DNA from: an uncultured Mycoplasmatota bacterium
GTDB lineage: Bacteria > Bacillota_I > Bacilli_A > RF39 > UBA660
Direction of reading: 5' to 3'
Length of the DNA: 64,000 bases
Assembly: GCA_946413985.1 (NCBI GenBank)
Contig: CAMKMS010000001.1
Coordinates: 12,317 to 76,316 of the forward strand
Below, one piece after another: positions 27,054-37,227 of this stretch. The notes beneath the pieces were generated by a model. The model made no database searches and was not told where the DNA came from. It saw only the letters and a program-made list of their open reading frames with translations. A program made the translations under genes and the position numbers. Within the stretch, counting starts at the first letter, position 1. Every line of letters starts with the position of its first letter.

Positions 27054-28908
27054 TATTATATTCCTTTTTTAAATATACAAGTAACATAGTAATATCTGAC
27101 GGATTTACTCCACTTATTCTTGATGCTTGACCAATTGTTAATGGTCTAATTTTACTAAATTTTTGTCTTGCTTCTGTTGCAATGTTTCTAACATTATCAT
27201 AATTAATATCTTCTGGTATTTGTTTTTCTTCTAGTTTTAACATTTTATTAACTTCATTTTGTGTTTTTTTAATATAACCTTCATATTTAATGTTTATTTC
27301 TACCATATCAATTATTTCATCTTTTTCATTATATCCTAAAAAATCTAATAGATCTTTTAAATTAATTTCAGGTCTTTTTACTAAATCAATAAGTTTAATT
27401 CTTCCCATAATTTTTGATGAATTACACTTTTTTAAAAACTCATTATTTTTTTTTGTTAATTCAAAATAATTATTCTTAAGATAATTATCCAATATATTAA
27501 TTCTTTCTAATTTATTTAAATAGATATTATATTTTTCATCATTTATTAATCCAAGTTTTCTTCCCTTTTCTGTAAGTCTTAGTGATGCATTATCATGTCT
27601 TAATAATAATCTAAATTCAGCACGTGATGTTAATAATCTATATGGTTCTGTTATTCCTTTATTTATTAAATCATCTATTAATACACCAATATATGCTTCA
27701 TTTCTTTTTAATATGAATGGTTCTTTATTATCTAATTTTAATACAGTATTAATACCTGCCATTAGACCTTGAGCAGCTGCTTCTTCATATCCACTTGTTC
27801 CATTTATTTGTCCAGCAGTAAATAAATTATGTATTTTCTTTGTTTCAAGATTCATATTCAACTCTAATGGATCCAATGCATCATATTCAATAGCATATCC
27901 ATATTTAGTTATTATACAATTTTTAAGTCCATCAATTGTATGAAGCAAACGTTCTTGAATTTCATGTGGCATAGTTGTAGAAAAACCACCTACATAATAT
28001 TCAATATCATCACTTCTTTCTGGTTCTAAGAATAATTGATGTCTATCTTTATCTCTAAATTTTACTATTTTATCTTCTATTGATGGACAATATCTAGGCC
28101 CTACTCCTTTTATCATTCCACTATAAAGAGCACATTTATCTAAATTATCTAAAATAATTTTGTGTGTTTCATTATTTGTATATGTTAAATAACATGGTCT
28201 TTGATTATCAACATCATATGTTGCGTCATAAAAATTACTAAAAGTTAATGGAGTTTTATCTCCTTCTTCAATAGTAACTTCATCAAAATTAATTGAACTT
28301 TTTAGTATTCTTGGAGGAGTTCCAGTTTTTAAACGAATTATTTTTAAACCTAATTTCTCCATTGACTTACTTAAAAACATTGAATTCTTTTCACCATGTG
28401 GACCACCTTTATAACTTTCATGAGCACATAAAATGTCTGAATTCAAATATGTTCCAGTTGTAAGTATTACAGCATCTGAATTTATTGTTTCTCCATCTTC
28501 AGTTGTAATTCCTTTTATATAATCATTTTCTACAATTAAATCTTTAGCAAAACCTTCTTTTAATTCTAAGTTTTCTTGATGAGATAAAGTATCAAACATT
28601 TGAAGTGGATAATTAACTTTACAACCTTGAGCTCTTAATGATCTTACTCCTGGTCCTTTTTTTACATTAAGCATTTTTATTTGAAGAAGAGTTCTATCTG
28701 TGTTATATCCCATTTCTCCACCCAATGCATCTATTTCACGAACTACTATACCTTTTGCAGAACCACCAATTGATGGATTACATGGCATATCAGCTATATT
28801 TTTAAAATTACCTGTAATTAAAAGTGTTTTTTTACCCATTCTTGCACATGAAAGAGAAGCTTCACATCCAGCATGTCCGCCTCCAACTACAATAACATCA
28901 TATTTCAT
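27046..28908 (-). CDS. mnmG: tRNA uridine 5-carboxymethylaminomethyl modification enzyme MnmG
   Basis: FAD motif YDVIVVGGGHAGCEA, with GidA similarity over the full length. The start was set to MKYDV at 28908. Confidence 0.95.
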   Translation of the reverse strand: MKYDVIVVGGGHAGCEASLSCARMGKKTLLITGNFKNIADMPCNPSIGGSAKGIVVREIDALGGEMGYNTDRTLLQIKMLNVKKGPGVRSLRAQGCKVNYPLQMFDTLSHQENLELKEGFAKDLIVENDYIKGITTEDGETINSDAVILTTGTYLNSDILCAHESYKGGPHGEKNSMFLSKSMEKLGLKIIRLKTGTPPRILKSSINFDEVTIEEGDKTPLTFSNFYDATYDVDNQRPCYLTYTNNETHKIILDNLDKCALYSGMIKGVGPRYCPSIEDKIVKFRDKDRHQLFLEPERSDDIEYYVGGFSTTMPHEIQERLLHTIDGLKNCIITKYGYAIEYDALDPLELNMNLETKKIHNLFTAGQINGTSGYEEAAAQGLMAGINTVLKLDNKEPFILKRNEAYIGVLIDDLINKGITEPYRLLTSRAEFRLLLRHDNASLRLTEKGRKLGLINDEKYNIYLNKLERINILDNYLKNNYFELTKKNNEFLKKCNSSKIMGRIKLIDLVKRPEINLKDLLDFLGYNEKDEIIDMVEINIKYEGYIKKTQNEVNKMLKLEEKQIPEDINYDNVRNIATEARQKFSKIRPLTIGQASRISGVNPSDITMLLVYLKKEYNNE

Positions 28909-28917
28909 GCAAATCAT

Positions 28918-30267
28918 CTACTTTCCAAGACAAAATTTACTAAATATTTCATCTAATAGTTCATCTTTATATACATTTCCAGTTATTTCTCCTAATGTTT
29001 CCCATAATAATTTAATGTTGATTTCCATTAAATCAACTGGAATATCATTATTTACTTCTTTATTAATATCATTTACTATATTTAAACATTTTTTTAATAA
29101 TGAAATTTGTCTAACATTAGATATATAGGTATAATCTGAATTTACTATATTATCTAAATTAAATATTTCAGATATTTTATTTTTTAATAATTCTATTTTA
29201 TTTTTATCATTACTAGATATTTCAATTGAATCATACTTATCTAATTCTTTTATTTTATTACTACCTATATCTATCTTATTATATACTACTAATACTTTTT
29301 TATCATGTAGTGATTTTAATACTTTTTTATCTTCTTCTTCAAAATCACTTGATGAATCAATTATAAATAAAACTAAATCTGATTCTTCTATTTTTTTTAT
29401 ACTTCTTTCTATTCCAATAGATTCAACTATTTCATTAGTTTCTCTAATTCCAGCAGTATCATACAAATTTACTTCTATTCCATTTATTAATATACTTCCT
29501 TCAACTATATCTCTTGTTGTTCCTTTTATATCAGTTACAATTGCTTTTTCTTCACCAAGTAAAGCATTTAAAATACTACTCTTTCCAACATTTGGTTTAC
29601 CAACTATAGCAATATTTAATCCATTTTTTATTATTAATCCATTTTTACTTGAATCAATCATTTTTTCTATTTTATTTTTAATATATTTCATTTTTTCTTT
29701 TACAAGATCACATGTTATTATTACAGCATCTTCATATTCTGGATAATCAATATTAACTTCAATATTAGCAATTAATTCTAATACATTACTTCTTAAATCA
29801 TCTATTTTTTTAGATAATTCTTTACTAATACCTTTCATTGACATACGTCTTGCAGCATCTGTTTTTGAACTTATCATATCAGAAACACTTTCTGCTTCAA
29901 CTAAATCTATTCTTCCATTTAAAAATGCTCTTTTTAAAAATTCACCGGGTTCAGCCATTCTACATCCATTTAATAATAGTAATTCCATTATTTTATTAAC
30001 AGATACTTTACCACCATGGGTATTTATTTCAACTACATCTTCTCTCGTAAAAGTTTTTGGACTTCTAAATATTGATACAAGAACTTCATCTATTTTTTCA
30101 TTTTTATCCATAATAAAACCATAAGTAATAGTATGTGATTCTTTTTTTTCTAAATCTTTATCAAATATCTTATTTACTATATTTATAGATTCACTACCAC
30201 TTATTCTTATTACATTAATAGAAGATTCACCAACTAGTGTTGCTATTGCACAAATTGTATCTTTCAT
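28918..30267 (-). CDS. mnmE: tRNA modification GTPase MnmE
   Basis: G1 motif GKPNVGKSS and the C-terminal FCLGK tail. The start was set to MKDTICAIAT at 30267. Confidence 0.95.
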   Translation of the reverse strand: MKDTICAIATLVGESSINVIRISGSESINIVNKIFDKDLEKKESHTITYGFIMDKNEKIDEVLVSIFRSPKTFTREDVVEINTHGGKVSVNKIMELLLLNGCRMAEPGEFLKRAFLNGRIDLVEAESVSDMISSKTDAARRMSMKGISKELSKKIDDLRSNVLELIANIEVNIDYPEYEDAVIITCDLVKEKMKYIKNKIEKMIDSSKNGLIIKNGLNIAIVGKPNVGKSSILNALLGEEKAIVTDIKGTTRDIVEGSILINGIEVNLYDTAGIRETNEIVESIGIERSIKKIEESDLVLFIIDSSSDFEEEDKKVLKSLHDKKVLVVYNKIDIGSNKIKELDKYDSIEISSNDKNKIELLKNKISEIFNLDNIVNSDYTYISNVRQISLLKKCLNIVNDINKEVNNDIPVDLMEINIKLLWETLGEITGNVYKDELLDEIFSKFCLGK

Positions 30268-30405
30268 TAGTAGTCCCTTTCTTTCGACAAGATTATAGCA
30301 CATTTTTTATATAAAAAAAAGAAAAATTGTTTTTTCTAACAAACAATTTTCATATTTAAATAACCTATATAATATCTTAATTAATAATAAAAAACTAGAA
30401 ATAAT

Positions 30406-31026
30406 CTAGTCTTCTTTATTCTCTACGTATCTAATTACAACACATCTATTAGGTTCTTCCCCTTCACTTTCACTACTTATATACTTAAATCCTTGTAGTG
30501 CATCATGAACTATCTTTCTAGTATAAGAATCCATTGGATCTAATTTAACATCCACTTTAGATAATGTTACTTCTCTAGCAATCTTTTTTACTTTTTTTTC
30601 TAAAAAGTAAATTTGTTTTTGTTTATATCCTTCAACATCAACTGTTACATTAACATATAAATCAACAGCATTAAATATAGCTTGTCTTAGATATACTTGA
30701 ATTGAATCTAATATATGACCTTTTTTTCCTATTAATACTGAATTACTTTTAGAGAAAACATCATATTTTATTTTTCCATCTCTTAGTTTTGTTTCAACAT
30801 TAGCATCTATTCCAAGAGATTCTAATAATTCTTTTAATAAATCTTTTCCAACTTCAGCTATATCTGATAATTTTACTACTTCAATGGTATATTTTTTTCC
30901 ACTAAATAAACCACCTTTTTCTTCATATGTTTTTGTAACAACATCTTCACTTTTTAAATTTAATTCTTGTAGTGCTTTATCTAATAATCCCTCTTCACTC
31001 TTTGCTTGAAATTTGTACTTCTCCAT
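30406..31026 (-). CDS. jag: RNA-binding protein Jag/KhpB (KH + R3H domains)
   Basis: An R3H-like C-terminus (YTRKIVHDAL) and a conserved position after yidC. Two terminator hairpins follow at 30330-30400. Confidence 0.85.
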   Translation of the reverse strand: MEKYKFQAKSEEGLLDKALQELNLKSEDVVTKTYEEKGGLFSGKKYTIEVVKLSDIAEVGKDLLKELLESLGIDANVETKLRDGKIKYDVFSKSNSVLIGKKGHILDSIQVYLRQAIFNAVDLYVNVTVDVEGYKQKQIYFLEKKVKKIAREVTLSKVDVKLDPMDSYTRKIVHDALQGFKYISSESEGEEPNRCVVIRYVENKED

Positions 31027-31030
31027 AATA

Positions 31031-31945
31031 CTACTTTCCTCTCTTCATTATTAAATTTTGAGCAACTGTAAATCCATTAGACACAATCCAATATAATGCA
31101 ATAGATGTTGGTAAACTAAATGAAACTATTAGGATGAAAACTGTCATAAAGGTACTCATCATTTTCATTTGTTTTGCTTGTTCTGGATTTCCATTTGTAT
31201 TCATATTTTTGAAGGAATAATATGTAGCTCCAAAAATTAATAATATCAATAATATATACCAATAATTTCCTGCTTTAAATCCTTCAATTGGTGTTGTTCC
31301 TAAATTAAATACAAGAAAATTATTTTCAAAAAATGCTGGTACTCTATATACTGCTTCTAAAAAAGCAAAGAATATAGGTAATTGTAAAAATGAAAATAAA
31401 CAACTAGACATAGGATTAATGTTATATTTTTTATATATTAACATCATCTCTTGACTTTTAGCCATCATAGATTCTTTATCATCTTTACCTTCATATTTCT
31501 TTTCTAATCTACTAAGATCTTTTTGTGCTTTATTCATGTTTTCAGACATGTTAGTAGCTTTTTTTGAAATTGGAAATAATAATAATCTTAATAATAATCC
31601 AACAATCATAATTGCTAAACCATTATTTTTAACTATATTCCCTATTTTAATTATTACCCATGCTAATGGCTTAACAAAAATAGATGTCCAAAGTCCTTCA
31701 TATCCACCAGTATTTATTTTTAATTCTTTACAACTAGGTAAAGAATCATAATCTACGATTAATTTATCTTTATTATTTATATAAATATTTTGTAGTTCTT
31801 CTGTTTCTGGCTTACATAAAATATTAGAAACATAACTTTTTTCAGTTCCATCTTCATTTTTAAAATTAACTCTCTTAGTACAACCAGTTAAAGTTACTAA
31901 TAATATTAAAGCAATAATTATTTTCTTTCCTATGTTATTTTTCAT
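31031..31945 (-). CDS. yidC: Membrane protein insertase YidC/SpoIIIJ (lipoprotein type)
   Basis: Lipobox LTGC, a five-TM YidC core, and a basic C-terminus. Confidence 0.9.
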   Translation of the reverse strand: MKNNIGKKIIIALILLVTLTGCTKRVNFKNEDGTEKSYVSNILCKPETEELQNIYINNKDKLIVDYDSLPSCKELKINTGGYEGLWTSIFVKPLAWVIIKIGNIVKNNGLAIMIVGLLLRLLLFPISKKATNMSENMNKAQKDLSRLEKKYEGKDDKESMMAKSQEMMLIYKKYNINPMSSCLFSFLQLPIFFAFLEAVYRVPAFFENNFLVFNLGTTPIEGFKAGNYWYILLILLIFGATYYSFKNMNTNGNPEQAKQMKMMSTFMTVFILIVSFSLPTSIALYWIVSNGFTVAQNLIMKRGK

Positions 31946-32265
31946 TAATCTTCTCCTTTTATTAATAATGAAAGTTCATTTTTCATTTTTTCATAATTTA
32001 TATTCAAAATGGACTTCCTCAATATTATAACATAATCACATGAATTATTAAATTTAAATTTCATTAATATATCTTTTATTCTTCTTTTATATAAATTTCT
32101 AATATTTGCTTTTCCAATTTTTTTACTTACACTTACACAATATCTATTATAAGGTAAACCATTATAATTATAATAAATTATAAAGAAAGAATTTACTATT
32201 TTTTTAGATTCATTAATTATTTTTTGAATATCCTCATTTTTTCTTAAAATATACTTTTTATTCAT
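31945..32265 (-). CDS. rnpA: Ribonuclease P protein component
   Basis: Small basic protein with RNR-like motif region KIGKANIRNLYKRRIKD. It lies between rpmH and yidC. Confidence 0.88.
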   Translation of the reverse strand: MNKKYILRKNEDIQKIINESKKIVNSFFIIYYNYNGLPYNRYCVSVSKKIGKANIRNLYKRRIKDILMKFKFNNSCDYVIILRKSILNINYEKMKNELSLLIKGED

Positions 32266-32317
32266 AATTCACCTGACAAGATTATTATATAAAAAAAATT
32301 ACTTAATTTAAAGTAAT

Positions 32318-32440
32318 TTATTTAGCTAATTCTTTTCTTCCTTTAGCTCTTCTAGATTTTAATACATTAGTACCTCTTCTTGATAAAAATCCAGAAGTTT
32401 TACTTTTTTTATTATTATTTGGTTGAAATGTTCTTTTCAT
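32318..32440 (-). CDS. rpmH: 50S ribosomal protein L34
   Basis: Not in the ORF track (40 aa). Minus-strand translation gives [40 protein letters not shown]. Confidence 0.93.
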   Translation of the reverse strand: MKRTFQPNNNKKSKTSGFLSRRGTNVLKSRRAKGRKELAK

Positions 32441-32830
32441 ATTAGTATACCTCTATTTCCTTTCGACTTAATAGATTATAAACTAACATAAAATAAATGT
32501 CAATCATTAATAAATAAAACAAATTATTTTATATTATGTTAATTTATAAATTCAAAAATACAACAAAATAAATCAACTGTAATTTAACATTATTATGTTA
32601 AGTTATCAACAAAATGTTAACATAATATTTAAAATAATAATTTAAAATTGTTGAAATTGTTGATAACTTAATCAATACATTTATTTAAAAGAAAAAAATG
32701 TGGACAAATTATTAATAAATTGTTAATATATTTGTTAATAAAAAAAATTAATTTGCAATTAAAAAAAGTTGATTTATAATTTTATTAGAAGGAATAAAAA
32801 GTCATTTATAATTATGAAAGGATTTAAATC
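32441..32830. other. oriC / dnaA promoter region with degenerate DnaA boxes
   Basis: It lies between rpmH and dnaA, at the gene-orientation switch. One-mismatch DnaA boxes: TTATCAACA (32603-32611), TGTTGATAA (32658-32666) and TGTGGACAA (32699-32707). Confidence 0.65.
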
Positions 32831-34219
32831 ATGAATATTGAAGATATTTGGGAAAAATTTTTATCAAAGATTAAATCAAAAGTTTCTTTAATGTCTTATA
32901 ATTATATTTTTAAAGATTTAAAATTACATTCTTATATTAATAGTAAAATCATTATTATTGTTCCTAATAATGAATTATTATTACAAAATATAACAAAAAA
33001 TTATGAATCTTTAATTGAAGAGACTTTAAATGATATTACTAATGATACATGTGCTATTCAATATGTATTTGAATCAGATATAAAAAATATAGATGATAAT
33101 TATTCATCAAATATTATCAATTCTGAAAATGAGGTTAAAAGTAATATAAATAATGATATTACTAATTATAATTATAGTAGTAATTTTAATCCTAAATATA
33201 CTTTTGATACTTTTGTCGTTGGGGAATCAAATAAACTTGCATACGGAACGGCACTTGCTGTTGCTCAAAATCCTGGTAAATTATATAATCCTTATTTTAT
33301 ATATGCAAGTAGTGGATTAGGAAAAACTCATTTAATGCACGCAATTGGCAATTATATAGTTACTCATTCAGATAAAAAAGTTTTATATATTACTGCTGAA
33401 CAATTTTCTAATGATTATAGATCAATAGTTAACTCTAACAATAATAATGTAACATATTTAGAAGCATTTAGAGAAAAATATAGAAATGTTGATGTATTAA
33501 TGATAGATGATATTCAGTTCCTTGAAAATAAAGAAAAAACACAAATAGAGTTTACCAATACATTTAATTCATTGCACGGAAATGATAAACAAATAATTAT
33601 TGCTTCAGATAAATCAATTAATGATTATAAATATTTAGAAGAAAGACTAAAAACAAGATTTAGATGGGGGCTAACTGAATCAATTAATCCACCAGAATAT
33701 GAATTAAAAAGAAATATTATAAAAAATAAGTTGATGGTAAATAATTTTGATTTTGATATTAATGATGAAATAATTGATTATATCGCTAATAATTGTGGAA
33801 GTGATATAAGAAATATTGAAGGTGCAGTAACTAGAATAGCTGCTTATAAGTCAATATTTAATATAGATGAAATAACAATTAATGATGCTAAAGATGCTTT
33901 AAAAGAATTTGTTGATACTCCTGTTTATAGAACTAATTCTATTTCAAAAATTATTGATATTGTATCAAAATACTATGGAATTGATAGTAGTATGATAAAA
34001 GGTAAAATGAAAAAAAAGAATATAGCTGAAGCAAGAGCAATAGTAATGTATTTAAGTAGAATACTAACAGAAGAAAGTTTAGAAAGAATTGGATTAGAAA
34101 TTGGAGGTAGAGATCATTCAACAGTAATATATTCTTATGAAAAAATATCTAATGAATTGAAAACAAATTTAAATTTACAAGAAGTAATAAGAATATTAAA
34201 AGATAAGTTACGTGAATAA
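32831..34219 (+). CDS. dnaA: Chromosomal replication initiator protein DnaA
   Basis: Walker A SGLGKTHL, Walker B MIDDIQFL, and a C-terminal DNA-binding GGRDHSTVIY. Confidence 0.97.
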   Translation: MNIEDIWEKFLSKIKSKVSLMSYNYIFKDLKLHSYINSKIIIIVPNNELLLQNITKNYESLIEETLNDITNDTCAIQYVFESDIKNIDDNYSSNIINSENEVKSNINNDITNYNYSSNFNPKYTFDTFVVGESNKLAYGTALAVAQNPGKLYNPYFIYASSGLGKTHLMHAIGNYIVTHSDKKVLYITAEQFSNDYRSIVNSNNNNVTYLEAFREKYRNVDVLMIDDIQFLENKEKTQIEFTNTFNSLHGNDKQIIIASDKSINDYKYLEERLKTRFRWGLTESINPPEYELKRNIIKNKLMVNNFDFDINDEIIDYIANNCGSDIRNIEGAVTRIAAYKSIFNIDEITINDAKDALKEFVDTPVYRTNSISKIIDIVSKYYGIDSSMIKGKMKKKNIAEARAIVMYLSRILTEESLERIGLEIGGRDHSTVIYSYEKISNELKTNLNLQEVIRILKDKLRE

Positions 34220-34348
34220 CTAATAATTTTACCAACAAATTAACATATAAAAAAATAATATAATAATTGATAAACACTTTAATCAATAAAGTTATTAACA
34301 ATATTAACAATCAATAATAATAATATAAAATAAAAAAGGAGGAATATT

Positions 34349-35467
34349 ATGAAATTATTAATTGAAAAAAATATTTTAATTGAAGGTTTGAGTTCAGTTA
34401 GTAGAGCATTATCTACTAGGAATATTATTCCAGTATTAAATGGAATTAAATTTGATTTAAAAAAGGATGGTTTATATTTAACAGCTACTGATAATGATAT
34501 TACTATTCAATATTTTATTGAAAAGAAAAGAATAAACAGTATTGAAGAAACAGGATGTTCAATAATATATGGTAAATCTTTATTAGATATTATAAGAAGA
34601 CTACCTGATTCTAATATATTAATTGAAAATTTTGAAAATAATGAAGTATCATTTAAAACTGAATCATCTAATTATAATTTTAATTGTTTTAGTGAAGAAG
34701 ATTATCCAAATATTAATTTAGAAGAAATTAAAACTCCAATAATATTAGATAGTACAAAGTTTAAAGAAGTTATAAATAAAACATCATTTGCTTGTTCTAT
34801 GCAAGAAAGTAGACCATTATTAACTGGAGTAAATATTAAAATTCAAGGTGATCTATTTGAATGTGTAGCTACAGATTCATATAGACTATCAAAAGTATCA
34901 TTAAACTTAAATAAAGTATATTCTGAAAATATTAATATTGTTATCCCAGCTAGAAATATAAATGAATTTGTTAAAATAATAAATGATGATGAAGAAATTG
35001 AAATGCATATATTTAGTAATAAAATAATATTTAAATTAAAAAATTTAATATTTCAATCTTCTTTATTAAATGGAAATTATCCTAATACTGATAATTCAAT
35101 TGCTAAAGAATTTAAATATATAGTTAAAGTAGATTTAAAAAATTTTTATAATACATTAGATAGAGCATCTTTATTAACTCAATCTAAAGATAAAAATATT
35201 ATTGATGTTGAATTAAATAATAATGATTTAATCATAAGAGCATCAAGCATTGATATTGGAAAAGTTGAAGAAAGATTTATTGTTGATAATGAAACAAATA
35301 ATTCACTTAGAATTTCATTTAGTGCTAAATATATGTTAGATGCTTTAAAAATGTTTAATAAAGAATATATATATATATTAATGAATGGTGAAATTAATCC
35401 TATAATATTAAAAGAAATTGATAATAATGAATTAATTGAATTAATTTTACCTATGAAAACATATTAA
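34349..35467 (+). CDS. dnaN: DNA polymerase III beta sliding clamp
   Basis: 372 aa with three-domain clamp similarity, directly after dnaA. Confidence 0.95.
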   Translation: MKLLIEKNILIEGLSSVSRALSTRNIIPVLNGIKFDLKKDGLYLTATDNDITIQYFIEKKRINSIEETGCSIIYGKSLLDIIRRLPDSNILIENFENNEVSFKTESSNYNFNCFSEEDYPNINLEEIKTPIILDSTKFKEVINKTSFACSMQESRPLLTGVNIKIQGDLFECVATDSYRLSKVSLNLNKVYSENINIVIPARNINEFVKIINDDEEIEMHIFSNKIIFKLKNLIFQSSLLNGNYPNTDNSIAKEFKYIVKVDLKNFYNTLDRASLLTQSKDKNIIDVELNNNDLIIRASSIDIGKVEERFIVDNETNNSLRISFSAKYMLDALKMFNKEYIYILMNGEINPIILKEIDNNELIELILPMKTY

Positions 35468-35490
35468 AAAACGAGAAATCGTTTTTTTTT
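35465..35490 (+). terminator. Rho-independent terminator after dnaN
   Basis: AAAACGA-GAAA-TCGTTTT followed by T9. Confidence 0.75.
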
Positions 35491-35576
35491 ATTATATGTT
35501 CGACAAAATATGACAAATTTCGACATACCCATTGTGTTATTGTAGATAACATTATTCAAGAAAGGGGGAAATTATA

Positions 35577-36041
35577 ATGAATTATGAAATAAATTATGAT
35601 ACACAATTATTATTACCAATAAATGATAAAAAAACCAAAATCATAGAACAAGAAAATGAATATGAAATTGATGAAAATATTAATAAAATAATGGAACATA
35701 GTTGTGAATATTTTGGTAGTTCATATGAAGGTAGAAAAGAAGGAACAAAAAAATTATTAGGCATTACTCATAAATCTCCAATTATTGTTGAAGAAAGTAG
35801 AAGATTAATTTTTTTTCCAACTGCATCTGTTGATAATTCAAAGTGTATATGGATTAATTTAGAAAAGATTGATAAGTATTTTAAATTAGATAAAAATAAT
35901 TCAGCAATTAGATTCAAAAATGGTAATATTATCAATTTAAATATATCTTATGGTTCACTTACAAATCAAATTTTAAGAGCATCAAGATTAAAATATGTTT
36001 TAGAAGAAAGAATTAGTTCAAAAAAAGATAATTATATCTAA
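35577..36041 (+). CDS. comK: ComK-family competence transcription factor
   Basis: ..CEYFGSSYEGRKEGTKKLLGITHKSPIIVEESRRLIFFPT.S....C.WI.. matches the ComK signature as I recall it from B. subtilis. AAGGGGGA RBS. Confidence 0.75.
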   Translation: MNYEINYDTQLLLPINDKKTKIIEQENEYEIDENINKIMEHSCEYFGSSYEGRKEGTKKLLGITHKSPIIVEESRRLIFFPTASVDNSKCIWINLEKIDKYFKLDKNNSAIRFKNGNIINLNISYGSLTNQILRASRLKYVLEERISSKKDNYI

Positions 36042-36143
36042 ATTATCTTTTTTTATGCCAATTTTTGTGTTATAATTATATTGCAGTAGAGGAGTACCTA
36101 AAAAAATAAAAATTAAAAATTTAGGGGGAAAATGAGGTTAAAA

Positions 36144-37223
36144 ATGAATATCACTAAGATTGAGTTAATTAATTTTAGAAATTATAAGAAAAAAAGCTAT
36201 GACAAATTCTCTAATTTAAATATTATAATTGGAAAGAATGGAATAGGTAAAACTTCTATAATTGAAGCTATATATTTAGGTAGCCTTGCAAAGTCATTTA
36301 AAACTAATAGTGATGATACTATTATTAATAATGATGCTGAATCATATAAAATAAAAATTTATTATTTTGATTATGGTTTAAATAATAATTTGGAAATTAT
36401 ATATGATAAAAGTGGTAAAAAAACGAAAATCAATTCTAAAATTCAAAAAAGACTTAGTGATTTTATTTCTCAATATAGGATTATTTTATTATCACCTGAT
36501 GAATTAAAATTAATAAAATCATCACCTAATATTAGAAGAAACTATATAAATATTCAAATATCGCAACTTCATAAAGAATACATTCATTATTTAAATAACT
36601 ATAATATTCTAATAAAAAATAAAAATGATTATTTAAAAAAAATGATGATTAATGGAAATTTAGATCAAAGATATTTAGATATTATAGATGAAAAAATAGT
36701 GGATGAAGGTATTAAAATATATAATTATAGAAAAGATTATATAAATAAAATTAATAATTATATAAATGATATTTTCAAAAATTATGATAAAAATAGTAAC
36801 ATTTATATTAAATATGTGTCTGATTATGAAATTTGTGATAAAGAAAAATTACTTAAAGAATTAAAAAGAATTAGAAAAAAAGAAATAAATTTAGGTATGA
36901 CTTCATTTGGAATTCATAGAGATGATTATGAATTTATTCACAATAATAATAATTCAAAAGAATTTAGTTCTCAAGGCCAACAAAAATTAATTGTTCTTGC
37001 TATGAAATTATCAGAAGTAAAAATATTTATAAATGATTATAATATAAAACCAATTTTACTTTTAGATGATTTATTTAGTGAATTAGATGAAAAAAATAGA
37101 AATAGTATTTTTAAATCAATTAATAAAGATACACAAGTATTTATTACAACTACAGATTTAAAAAATATTAATAAAAGATTATTAGAAAAAGCAAAAATAT
37201 ATAATTTAGATGAGAGGGTATGA
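36144..37223 (+). CDS. recF: DNA replication and repair protein RecF
   Basis: Walker [10 protein letters not shown], signature SQGQQK and Walker B LLLDD. The start is either 36144 (GAGG RBS) or 36132. Confidence 0.93.
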   Translation: MNITKIELINFRNYKKKSYDKFSNLNIIIGKNGIGKTSIIEAIYLGSLAKSFKTNSDDTIINNDAESYKIKIYYFDYGLNNNLEIIYDKSGKKTKINSKIQKRLSDFISQYRIILLSPDELKLIKSSPNIRRNYINIQISQLHKEYIHYLNNYNILIKNKNDYLKKMMINGNLDQRYLDIIDEKIVDEGIKIYNYRKDYINKINNYINDIFKNYDKNSNIYIKYVSDYEICDKEKLLKELKRIRKKEINLGMTSFGIHRDDYEFIHNNNNSKEFSSQGQQKLIVLAMKLSEVKIFINDYNIKPILLLDDLFSELDEKNRNSIFKSINKDTQVFITTTDLKNINKRLLEKAKIYNLDERV

Positions 37224-37227
37224 AATT

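Noticed and set aside
28700-29128. 142-aa plus-strand ORF spanning the mnmG/mnmE junction
   Set aside because: It is antisense to two highly conserved genes, with no RBS and no recognisable domain.
34220-34348. dnaA-dnaN spacer as a second oriC half with DnaA boxes and an unwinding element
   Set aside because: Only two-mismatch boxes (TTATTAACA, ATATTAACA) are present. This cannot be distinguished from background in such AT-rich sequence without a skew or comparative analysis.
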